A stretch of DNA of 64,000 bases from Octopus vulgaris (lineage: Eukaryota): assembly GCA_951406725.2 (NCBI GenBank), contig OX597829.1, positions 27,156,001 through 27,220,000 on the forward strand, written 5' to 3'. The notes under the pieces were generated by a model, which worked only from the letters and a program-made list of their open reading frames with translations, was not told the DNA's origin and did not search any database. Every line of letters begins with the position of its first letter. The first letter of the stretch is position 1. The translations under genes were made by a program, and so were the position numbers. Positions 52,600 through 64,000 of this stretch are shown piece by piece.

Positions 52600-53625
52600 C
52601 CTGGCAAATTCGCAAAATTGTTTGAGCATTAAACAATATGCCTTGCAGTATTTCTTCCATCACTTTATATTCTGAATTAAAATCCTGCCAAAATCAGCTT
52701 TTCCTTTCATCCTTCAGGGTTGATTAAAATAAAGTTGTAGTCCAAATACTGAGATTGACATATTTGACTAACATCCCTCCCCTCAAAATTATTGCCCTTG
52801 TGCCTAAATTAAAAATAATGATGATAATAATAATAATAATTATTATTATTATTATTATTATTATTGTAATAGAGAGGCTTGAACAAATAGATGCCTTGCA
52901 GTATTTAGTGCTTTCACACTCTGAGTTCAAATCTTGCCAGGATGTGTAACACTTTCCTATTAGGTCAAACAATCTCCTGGTGAAAAATATATGGCAGTGG
53001 CAGGGCTGAAACAATGCAATTTCTTGTATTTAAGACATACTTAATTCAGATTCCAACATTGCCTTTCATTCTTCTAGCAGTGAACTTGCTAAAACCAGTA
53101 TATACTAAAGATGATTTAATGCACCTTTTAGTATATACATTAATTTAAGACTATTTAATTTATTTTCCTCCCAAATTTGTGGCTTTGTGCTACAATTAGT
53201 TATTTTTAGTTTGAAGATTACACAGAAATAGTAGAATGTCAGACTAAATACCTCTTTGTATTTAGTTTCATCATCACCTCTATTTTTTTTTTCCAAATCC
53301 CGCTAGATTTGACTTTGTCTTTCATTCCTACAGGGTCAATGACATTATTACATTATTTACTGGAATGAATTCCATCTGACTTTACTTTCTTCACTGCAAA
53401 AAATTGGCTTTGTGCATAGTCAAAAGAAATTATCATCAACATGAATATTATTATTATTAGGGTAGTGAATTAGCAGAATTGTTAGAGCATCAGCTAAAAT
53501 ACCTTGCAGTATTTGTTCTGAGTTATAATTCTATTGAAGTCAATTTTGCCTTTCATTCTCCTGGGTTGATTTTTTCAACTAACACTTGCCCTCAAATTTG
53601 TGGTCTTGTGCCTAAGTTTAAAAAA
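52600..53625 (+). mobile_element. Cluster of degenerate copies of another SINE family
   Basis: Recurrent gagttcaaatc..gcc / gcctttcat / cccctcaaa..ttgtgcctaa motifs at ~52620, 52880, 53040, 53300 and 53460; related copies at ~4480 and ~22800. Confidence 0.55.
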
Positions 53626-54559
53626 ATTATTAATATTAATATCATATGGTAGTGCAGCAATAAATCTATGATACAAGTTTCAACTTCCAGCTTGAACATT
53701 TTTATTTTAATTGATAAGCATGAGGAACTTTCACTTTTCTTTAAACCTAAGGTATGATATTTATTTTTAAAAACATTAATCATCACAACTAAAGGCTACA
53801 TCATGCATTTCTTTCTTTCTTTTCCTTTTTTTTTTTTTGTTTCCACCTGCAGTTTTTGGAATAGAAAGATAGATAATAAATGAGGATTGTATACAGTTGT
53901 CACAACAGTTGGAAGAATGCCTTCTACATTATTCTATAGAGATTTAGGTTTAAATCTTCTGATTGTCAGACATTGTAATGTGTGTTAATTAAACGCGTTC
54001 AGGCTTGACTGAAAATGTATATACAATGCTTTGCTTATTTTCTGACCCATGTTAGGCCAATGGAACTAAACTGCATAATTACTTCTATGGAGAAATACAA
54101 GTTCACACATACATAAAATACGTGAATACATGCATGTATACACAAGTACATGTATCAGTTAGCTGCTACACTACAAATATTTAAAATTATCAACTGCACT
54201 AGTCTTGCCTAGTCATAACTGTTTTGCTCCATTTGACCTGTCATGAACTAGAGACACTGCCCTTCTCTCTTCTAATTTACACACACACACACATTCACAT
54301 GCACCCATGCAGAGACACACAAAGCAGCAAGTCATTATTTATCTGCAATGTATTTACCATTTTCTTTGCTATTGGCGGGAAAGTTAGTTGCACACACATC
54401 TGTAGACACGTACCCTTCTTGGCACCATGCACTGGTTTAATTAGAAATGTCAGTTGAATTGTAATTTTCATTACATTAACCTTGACAACTCTTTCTGTTT
54501 ACTGTAAAGAAGAGTAACTGGATAATTAACTTTTTCTTTTTAAATATATAAACAATAGA

Positions 54560-54900
54560 GATCTTAAAAGTATGAGTATATTATTTTTCAACATACTTGG
54601 TCAATTCTTGTGCAAGCTTCTTTATGCCAACTGAAAAAAATGTTTTCAGCTGAATAGATGAACCACATAGGTCCTGCTTCCTCCACTTTTTGGTCCATGG
54701 CATATCAATAGCCTTCATACTGTCTTTGAGTGGAACAAATAGATGATAGCTTATAGGAGCAAGTTCAGAAGGATGTTCCAAGACCTCCAATTTCAGCTTC
54801 TGTTGGCTTTCAACACTGAGAATCAATACGAGGATAGGTATCGTCGTGCAACAGCACAACACTTTTGACAGTTGTCTTTGGTGTTTGCTTCAAAAATACT
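54560..54900 (-). mobile_element. mariner transposase C-terminal remnant
   Basis: EVLEHP-SELAPISYHLFVPLK, a degenerate HPPYSPDLAPSDY motif. Confidence 0.6.
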
Positions 54901-57211
54901 GATTGTAACTTATCATGCAGCATCTTATACACTGCTTACTGTTAACTTCCCCCACCAAAAAAAAAAGAAAAAAAGTCTGCATCATTTGTTCTACTGTTGG
55001 TTGCATTCTAAACTGATGGGTGATTGTTAATGTTTCCATTCCATATTCTGGTATTTATTCTCCAACTTGCAGTAGTATCATTTTTGTTGCTACAGTGATC
55101 AAAAAGTTGTGGACAGATTTCAAAATAGTTTAAGCCTGAAATTCTATTGCAGATGGTTGCATAGTAGAACCATAATTGGTATGCATATTATTTACCAATT
55201 TATCAGTAGTAATATATCTGTTTAATAGAACCAAGCACAGACTTGTTTAATGTTGTTGTCATCAGCACAGAACCTAGGCGAGTATTTTGCTCTTTCTTGG
55301 TCTGTGACATGTGTGACCATTTTTAAAATTTGCAGTTCATCTGTAATGTGTGTATAGCAGCAGAAAATTTCTCAGTGTTGTGCTGAGAGCCTTGGACTGA
55401 TTTTTGACTCCCTACCCACCTTTAAAAAATTATAAAAAAATCAGCCACCATAATACAAATCAATGAATGCTGCTCTTCTTTAGAGCCAAACAGAAAGCAG
55501 CCATGGTTAAAAACAATGACAACTTAATTGATATTTCAATTTCAGACTTGCACTGTAGTGACACAGGAAAAAGTGCAACTAGTAATGTGCACATAACTAA
55601 TCTTCCTGTCAATAATGGAAATGTAAGTGCATTGCAACTGATTAATGATTCTTGTACATATATAAACGTGTGTGTATATATGTGTATAAATATATATATT
55701 TTATATATATTTATGATGTAAATATATATATATATATGATGTAAATATATATATATATATTATAAATATGTTTATATATATATATATATATATTATAAAT
55801 ATGTTTATATATATATATATATATGCGTATAAATATATATTATAAATATGTTTATATATATATGTATATATTTTATGTGTGTGTGGTGTGCATTTGATAT
55901 GTATATTTGCATTCATATTTATATAACAATAATAATTCTGCTTGTTTGTTCATTCACACATTATGCTTTAGTTTTTAGAGAGGCGGTAAATGAGGGAGAG
56001 GGAGTGAGATAGCAGATAGTCTATAAATTAATCAATCATGATGCCATGGTTGGCATAAGTGAGAGAAAGAGTTAAACAACCTAAGGATGTTAAAAAGTTT
56101 GTTGAAGTAAGAGATATAGAGAGAAATATAAAGTGTTTAGCAAAGGGAAATTTTGAAATCCTATAATATATTATTGTGACTGGAAGTGATATAACTTAGC
56201 AAAATAGATGTGGATGTTATTTTTGATTTTCAATGGAATTGAAAACATTGTGTATATTCTCTATATCGTTTTGTGTACATTAATTGTATATAATGTAATT
56301 ATATAATGCAAAATATTGCATTAGGAGTATGCAATTATATACTGATCTTTCAGTTTCAATAGAATTAAATATTAATGAATGATACATGTATTAAGTATTG
56401 TATAGATTGTTATTGTATATTTTTGTATCATTTATTGCACAGGCAACAAGATTTATATGCAATAAAAATGCAAATCATCCTTTCTTTCTTAAATAGCTCC
56501 TCTTAATTCTTTTTGTTCCGTGAAATTTCCACAGGTCCCACTAGTATGTATGTATGTATGTATATATAAAATCATTCAATATCTTTTCATGCTGGCATAG
56601 GTTAGATAGTGCAACAGGATCTGATAATTAAGAGGACAACATGCTCAAATGTTTTGGCTTTTTTTTTTGTTTGTATGCCCTTTCTAATGCCAACCGTTTA
56701 GCTGTGTGCCAGGTGCTTTGTTCATGGCACTGCTAGTAGAAAGGTCACCTTGTAATTTACAAGACAGAAAGACCTATAGGGGACCTGTATAACTGAAAGG
56801 AATGAGTGATTATAATGACTTTAGGGGAGGTAATGAGAGGGGGTGAAGTTTGTAAGAACAGATTTATTGTTTTGAGAGTGTGGTAGTGAAGAAAGTAACA
56901 GTAGTCTCTATTGAAGCAAAGAAAGGGATTAATGTCATGGGGAGTGGGGTAAGAAAGGAAAGGACAGTAGTGAAGGTCAAAGTGGATTGTGTGGAGGTGG
57001 GGTATTCAGCTCTCCATAAATAAGGACAAGTACTGATGAAAGGTATGGGAGAAGGGAACATGAGAAGAAATATGTGAAGGTTCAGTCAAGTGGGAGAGTA
57101 AGCCAGACAAACTGTATGTTAAGATGGCTGAGGACAGAGAGAAGAAAAAGTTATGGATGGCAGTGGATGAGTGAATTAATATTATGATTAATATGACAAG
57201 ATAGGGTGATG

Positions 57212-57282
<71 letters not shown>

Positions 57283-57466
57283 AATAAATAAAATGTATAT
57301 ATACACTATGTACACACGCACACAGAAACAAGAAAGTGGGGGTGACAACTAACAATAGAAAGAAATTTATTGTTTCTTACAACTGTATTACATTAAAAAA
57401 ATTATATATATATAATAAATTAATAAATAAAACATGCATACATACATATATGTACATACCTACATC

Positions 57467-57505
<39 letters not shown>

Positions 57506-59799
57506 TTTGTTTTCGTATTTTTGCTTCATCTTGCACTGATATATTACATAAATATAAATGTAGACTGACAATTTTACTATTGCAACAAGCTGTCTGAGAA
57601 GTCTGTCTGCAATCTGGTTTTGACTCTCTCAATTGGAACCACTTCATATCACTCGTCTTTATTATACTTGGTTAAAGGTGTGAGGATTGCAATTCCCCCT
57701 TACCTTCACCCAATTCCTAAGCAGTTGTGTCTTTAAAAAATCACTACCAATGAAAATTTTATCTTCAACTTGTATAAGTTCCCCGTACTCTAAATTGGCA
57801 AGGTATGAGCAATTGGTTTCAAATTTGGGTTGGTTTGTTTTGTTTTCTTAATAATAATTCTAACCTCATTAAAACTTGTTAAAAAGAATTTCATATATAT
57901 ATGTATGTATGTATGTATGTATATATATATATATATAAATGAAACTGATATTGCAAATTTCTTTATTTTCATTCTATTTGAGCATTTTATATTTATATAT
58001 TTTGAAATTCTGCATTCAACTGAAAATGTTAGCATGCATCTCACATACATGTATCAGATACTTGTACAGCAGAAGGATAGTGTGTGGATGGGGCTTTAGG
58101 AAAGGTTCCCAGCTACAAATTCCAATAATTAGTGCAAATATCTGGATTTCTAGACCATCCATTCCATGCTAACATTAAAAAAAGAAAAGAATCATTATCA
58201 TAGTCATCAACATCATCAGTATCATTATCAATGGGTTAAAATCTGTTTCTCCATACATGGGTTGGATATATATAAATATGTATATATAAATATATGTATG
58301 TATGTGTGTATGTATGTATATATATATATATATATATATATAAGCATTTTTATAAATTAATGAAGGTTATAAATAAAACATACCAGCTTAGTTCCTTGGT
58401 CAGTTTTAACTGCTTGGTTATTGCTAAGTAAGGTTCTGTTTCTTTATTCCATTTGTAAAATCTTAAATGGATTAATAATAAATCTGATAGCCAATTTTGG
58501 ATCATAAGAATATATTGAAAATAATTATCAACATATGAAGCCTTGTTTATATTTCTTACTTATTGTAATTATTTTTTTTCTTTTTCTTCCACTTGTTTAT
58601 TTTGAAATAAATTTTAAGGCGTGTAAATGTTGCGAAACGCTGGAAAAAGCATAAGAAACAAAAGAGAATAAGAATAAGAAACAAGGATGAGAAAAGAATA
58701 ATATATTTTAGAAGTAATTCCAATGTGGATGTAAGTGTATTTACTAGGACAGTTTTGTTGAGTTTATGTATTTTCTTGGTCTATATTATTAACGTTCACT
58801 AACAAGTTGATATAACTAACACACTCTTCTTAAAATGTTAGAATCTGTCATTGAATTGGCTGAATATATTCAGTATTTATATTATTGTAGAAAATTAAGT
58901 ACATTAAAAATGAATATTTCCTTGTGGAAAGGAAGCTATGTTTTTTGACACTCACCTCTAGATTCCATAGCTTTAAATAGATAAAAGATATTCTGTGCAA
59001 GAATGCTTATTTGTCTGTATATATATATATAGTGAAGGAAGCAGTATTAGTACCAAATGGCAATCTTTGTATCCTAGAACAACAAATACCATAAAATTTG
59101 GTCTTGAATGAACCTCATACAGATGCAAAATGCGGAGAAAACATGCATATATATATATCATTGCAGATGAGAACAATGTGCCATGAGTGCTAGAACTGTC
59201 AGATCATATTTCCATGTACTCTACTTCTTCAGTGACAGGTACCTTATTGCCACATACCAGCCAAATATCACTGAGAATGATACATAGAATAATAGTGACT
59301 TTACACGTGAGTGCACAGCAACCTGCATATGTATGAGTATATATATATATATAGAGAGTATATATATACGTTTATGAATTTGTGTTGCAAGGTTCCTGAT
59401 GTGAAATAAGTGGAGCAAGAGTACACATGCAGAAAGAAAGTGTCACTGAAGAGGTCACAGATGTGTGGCGAAAGATTTCTGGACAATGGACACGAGTTAG
59501 AATATGAACCGTAATAAATTAGTGAAGAATGAATATAGTGCATGTTTTTATTTGACAAAAAAAAGTGACCAACCTGAAATACAACAATATGTATGTATGT
59601 ATATATATATATATATACACACACATATGTATGTACATACATATTTGTATATACATATAGATCTATATATGTATATTTATGTCTGTGTATAATATATATA
59701 TATATGTATGCATTTATATATGTAAGAGCCTTAGAGTCAATATTGCAAAAATCAAAATCATAGTAAGTAGGAAGGCGAACACATCACAAACCCCCTCAA

Positions 59800-60435
59800 A
59801 CATTGGGCCTCACAGAGACAATGACAAACACCGAAACTTCTGGAGATATGCTGTGATTGAGAAGACCTGGCAAGTAAAGTGAGATCACAGTCATAGCCTA
59901 CATCAGTGTCACATAACCAGCCCATTTAAAAGTATCTTTGAATCGTCGGGTGACATGCCATCCTTGAGGAGACCTATTGAGTCAATCAAAATTAAATCAA
60001 ATTGCAATCAATTGGAAACTGTAGTTGTGACCGATGCCACGGCCACCTGACTGGCTCCCATGCTGGTGGCACGCAATAATCACCATTCATGCATAGGTCG
60101 TTGCCTGACTGGCTCCCCATGCTGGTGGCACGTAAAAAGCACTGTCTGCATGTGGTCGATGCCAGCACCCCCGCCCTAACTGGCTTCTGTGTTGGTAACA
60201 TGTAAAAAGCACCATCTAAACGTGGCTGATGTCAGTGCCGCCTGACTGGCTCCTGTGCTGGTGGCACGTAAAAAGTACCCACAAAACCTTCGGAGTGGTT
60301 GGCATTAGGAAGGGCATCCAGCTGTTGAAACATTGCCAGATCAGAGTGGAGCCTGGTTTGCCAGTTGGCCAGTCCCCAGTCAAACTGTCCAACCCATGCC
60401 ATCATGGAAAATTGACATTAAATGATTATGATGCA
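59800..60435 (+). mobile_element. SINE/LINE-3' element with four tandem ~55-75-bp units
   Basis: cctgactggctcc..gctggtggcacgtaaaaagcac units at 60040-60280; same tail as 32880-33282. Confidence 0.75.
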
Positions 60436-60451
60436 TGAATGTGTGTGTATA

Positions 60452-60920
60452 TAGGGTGCAGACAGTACTCATTTGCATGATCACTGTCTCAGGAAAAAAT
60501 AGAGGTTTTTAATTTTTGAGATATATTCATCAAATTTGGATCAGTTTGCCCTTATGATGTTCTGTCAATCTCACTCAAACTCGCCATTGGCCTTGATGAC
60601 AGCCTCCAGGTGATCTTGGAACTAGCCATAGGCCTTCATCACTATTTCCCATTTTAGGCCCTTGAAGGCCATGATAATCCTCACTCTCAGCTCATCCTTT
60701 GTATTGCAGCTGGATTTGGTGGGCTCTCATTCTACGGTGCATGAAATCAAAGGGGTTTGCAGTCAGGTGAGTTGGGAGGCTAAATATCAGGCACTGTGTG
60801 ATCAAAGAAATTCTCCAACAATCAGGCCTAGGTCTTTCATTTGGTGACAGGATGCAGAGTCTTGCTGCCACACGTACAGCTACCCAGTCAATCCTGAATC
60901 TTCCAGCTCCTTTCTGACCC
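60452..60920 (-). mobile_element. Tc1/mariner-superfamily (maT/DD37D-like) transposase remnant
   Basis: Minus strand YVWQQDSASCH and PDI*PPNSPDC motifs. Confidence 0.65.
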
Positions 60921-61177
60921 TTTCCACTATCCTGCTGATGTTGAGGAAGTTTGAAATCTTGTTTGTCCTTCCAGCACAGGTTGCATGGAGGACTCCAGGT
61001 CTCTTTCACAAATTGTGGTGTTCAAAACATTCCATAGTAATTATTCTACAAGAAAAAAAATGCAAAAATTCGTTTTTGTTTTTAAGAAAAAAAAGACTGA
61101 CAAAGTAAAAAATATATGTGTAAAATTAGCAGTTGAAAATTCCAAATGAATACCATCTGCATCTTGTAATGCATCTT

Positions 61178-61346
61178 GTATGCATATATATATATATATA
61201 TGTATGTATGCATATATATATATATATGTATGCATATATATATATATATGTATGCATATATATATATGTATGCATATATATATATGCATATATATATATA
61301 TATATGTGTATGCATATATATGTATGCATATATATATATATATATA

Positions 61347-61396
<50 letters not shown>

Positions 61397-61418
61397 TGCA
61401 TATATATATATATATGTA

Positions 61419-61477
<59 letters not shown>

Positions 61478-61486
61478 GCATATATG

Positions 61487-61528
<42 letters not shown>
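61178..61528. repeat. (TA)n with TATGCA interruptions
   Basis: Seen directly in the sequence. Confidence 0.9.
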
Positions 61529-61529
<1 letters not shown>

Positions 61530-61925
61530 TCAGAGAGTGTAGTGGGTGTTTTTACGTGCCACTAGTACGAGGGCCAGTTAGGCGGTACTGACAACGGCCA
61601 TGCTCAAATGGTGCTCTTTATGTGCCACCTGCACTGGAGCCAGTCTTCTCAAGCACAGCATATTTCTAAAGGTCCCGGTCACTAGTTATTACATGTATGT
61701 AATGAAATCTCTTCCCAAAGGTTAGTACCTTTCAACTTTCTAAGAAAGGTTCTTTTCTCATTCTTAACTCTTTGAGAAAAAAATCTCTCCAAATTTATAA
61801 CTGTATCAAGGAATTATCAAAACACTCTGAATATATATATATACACACATGCAAAGACACACATATATATATATATATATATATAAAGAATAAGGAGAAA
61901 ATGATCCCTTTATGAGGTTTATTAC

Positions 61926-61949
61926 CATTACTTGATTCATATATATATG

Positions 61950-61985
<36 letters not shown>

Positions 61986-62558
61986 TACATATATATATAT
62001 ATGCATACATATATATATGCATATATATATATATATATATGCATACATATATATATATATATGCATACATATATATATATATATGCATACATATATATAT
62101 ATATATATAGCATACATATATATATGTATGCATATATATATATATGTATGCATAAATATATATATATATGTATGCATATATATATATATATATATAATAC
62201 AAAATTAGAGAATGGAGAAACATACTTAAATCAGTAAAACATCAACTATCCGATGATACTCAATCCATACTTTAATACACCATTACATATATAATACATA
62301 TATAATACACCTTTACCCATATAATACAATAGATGAACTGTTTGTTTGACAATTTTTAACATCTATGTATTAATTTTGTTGGGTACCTATCTAGCAGTAT
62401 ATTGGATATATATTATCCCATGGTGGGTTGAATTTTCAACCCCTATCTCATTTTTATATATATATATATATATATATGTATGCATATATATATATATATG
62501 TATGCATATATATATATATATATATATATGTATGCATATATATATGAATCAAGTAATG
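61926..62558. repeat. Inverted repeat whose arms are microsatellite plus a unique CATTACTTGATTC cap
   Basis: cattacttgattcatatatatatgcatac.. (61926) is the reverse complement of ..gtatgcatatatatatgaatcaagtaatg (62558). Confidence 0.7.
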
Positions 62559-62949
62559 TGAGGAAGATAAGATATGTAGTTTGATTTGTCAAAAATTTTA
62601 TCATTACATGTGAGGGAACACAGAGCTCAGTTTTTCTCAAATGGGCAGGTCTTTTCAAAAAACTCATATTGCCAGATATTTCAGTCCATTGTCATCCATG
62701 ATGCCCAAAATCCTGAGATCAGTGCTCACTATTTCATCTGATGTCTTCCTGGGTCTCTTTTGTCCACAGGTGCCATATATACTAGGAGAAGTCAAAAATT
62801 ATCTGCACTTTCACCATAGCATATCTTTATTATTGTCACACTGCCTTCTGCACATCCATGCTTATAGTTGGTAGTATTGTGGTCACATGATTGAAGTTCA
62901 AGCCTGATCACATCATTTTTCTTTCTGGCTTTACAGTGACCACTCTACT

Positions 62950-63300
62950 AGCAATGTTCAACAAAGATGAACAAAGAGCAGTGATTTGATTTCTCTGGTG
63001 TGTCAGGTGCTGAAATTCATTGGAGGCTTTTAGCACAAAACGGGGACAGTGCACTATCACGTAGAAGTATGTATGAGTGTATTGAGAAGTTTGAAAGTGG
63101 CCAGAGAAGCATGATGCACGAAAAGGGAGTGGGATGCCCATCAACCTCCACCACTGTTGAGAAGATTCAGCAAGCTTGAGAGATGGTAGAGTGGCCATGC
63201 TTACGCTGTAAAGCCAGAAAGGAAAATGGCAAGATCAGGCTCAAACTTTGCTCATGCGACCACAATAGTACCAACTCTAAGCATACATGCAGAAAGCAGT
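62950..63300 (+). mobile_element. mariner N-terminal remnant
   Basis: KDEQRAVI*FLW..SGAEIHWRLLAQNGDSALSRRSMYECIEKF. Confidence 0.6.
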
Positions 63301-63343
63301 GTGACAATAACAAAGATGTTATGGTGAAAGTGCAGGTAATTTT

Positions 63344-63374
<31 letters not shown>

Positions 63375-63379
<5 letters not shown>

Positions 63380-63895
63380 GTCATACTTTATACTTTATAC
63401 TTTATATTTTTCAAAATTAAGATGAAGTTCTTTTTCTCCTTCATTTTCTGCAATGCTCTTCCATTTATCTCGTAGACTTGCAAGGCCCCTCTTCCAAAAT
63501 TCACTTGTCTATGAGGAAAAATACTCCAGTACTGTACTGACCTCATCTACAGAAATCATATTTTTCTGTTCAAATGATTTTGAAGATTGTGGAATAAATA
63601 ATAATCAGATGGGGCAATGTCTGGTGAAAATGGTGGGTGGAGCATCGTTTCCCATTCAAACTGTTCCATCCTTTGGAATGTCATCCCACTGTATGATGGA
63701 AGAACACCTTTCATCTTGAAACCAAAGATCGTTGCTTTCCTTCTAGCACAGTTGTCGATGACTGGTTGAGTAACCAAATCCAAGCTCCTCTGCTAGTTCC
63801 TCAACAGTTACAGTGGAATTCTGTTCCACCAGGGTTTGCAGAACATCCTTGTCAAGCTCTTATAGGATGAGGCTTGTCTTCTAGGCTATAGTTTT
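63375..63895 (-). mobile_element. mariner (DD34D) transposase remnant
   Basis: WETMLHPPFSPDIAPSDYYLFHNLQNHL in ORF 63556-63783. Confidence 0.8.
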
Positions 63896-64000
63896 CATAT
63901 ATATATGTATGTATCCATACATATATATATAGTTTCCAGCTTATATGTATTATCCGATGCCCATATACTGCATTAATATTCCTCGCACTTTCTGATGCAT

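Noticed and set aside
60040-60280. Repeat-spacer-like pattern resembling a CRISPR array
   Set aside because: The context is eukaryotic, the repeats are degenerate, the spacers are related to each other, there are no cas genes, and the same units recur in dispersed retroposon copies.
63183-63340. ORF ending at a good donor (CAG|GTAATT)
   Set aside because: It overlaps or adjoins a mariner remnant and has no clear acceptor or recognisable protein similarity.

Overview
This is AT-rich eukaryotic genomic DNA, not prokaryotic. The SINE, LINE and microsatellite content points to an octopus or other coleoid cephalopod (inference). The main feature is a + strand ZDHHC5/8-family palmitoyl S-acyltransferase gene. 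Six coding exons can be read and spliced in frame (8026-8183, 34542-34714, 37755-37857, 41496-41587, 43225-43363, 46350-47162), giving about 492 aa that end in the PDZ ligand YEISV. I could not find the N-terminal exons, which probably lie upstream of the window. The intron after the DHHC exon is a clear U12-type (minor spliceosome) GT-AG intron. The introns contain tRNA-headed SINEs, CR1 and RTE LINE fragments, Tc1/mariner relics, piggyBac and hAT MITEs, a head-to-tail Helitron dimer and an ~8-kb alternating (T-purine)n array. A probable multi-kb 3' UTR follows the stop codon, and a few unexplained exon-like segments lie further downstream. All very long ORFs in the track are microsatellite artefacts. 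I cannot support a new multi-gene system; the strongest leads concern splicing and RNA structure.
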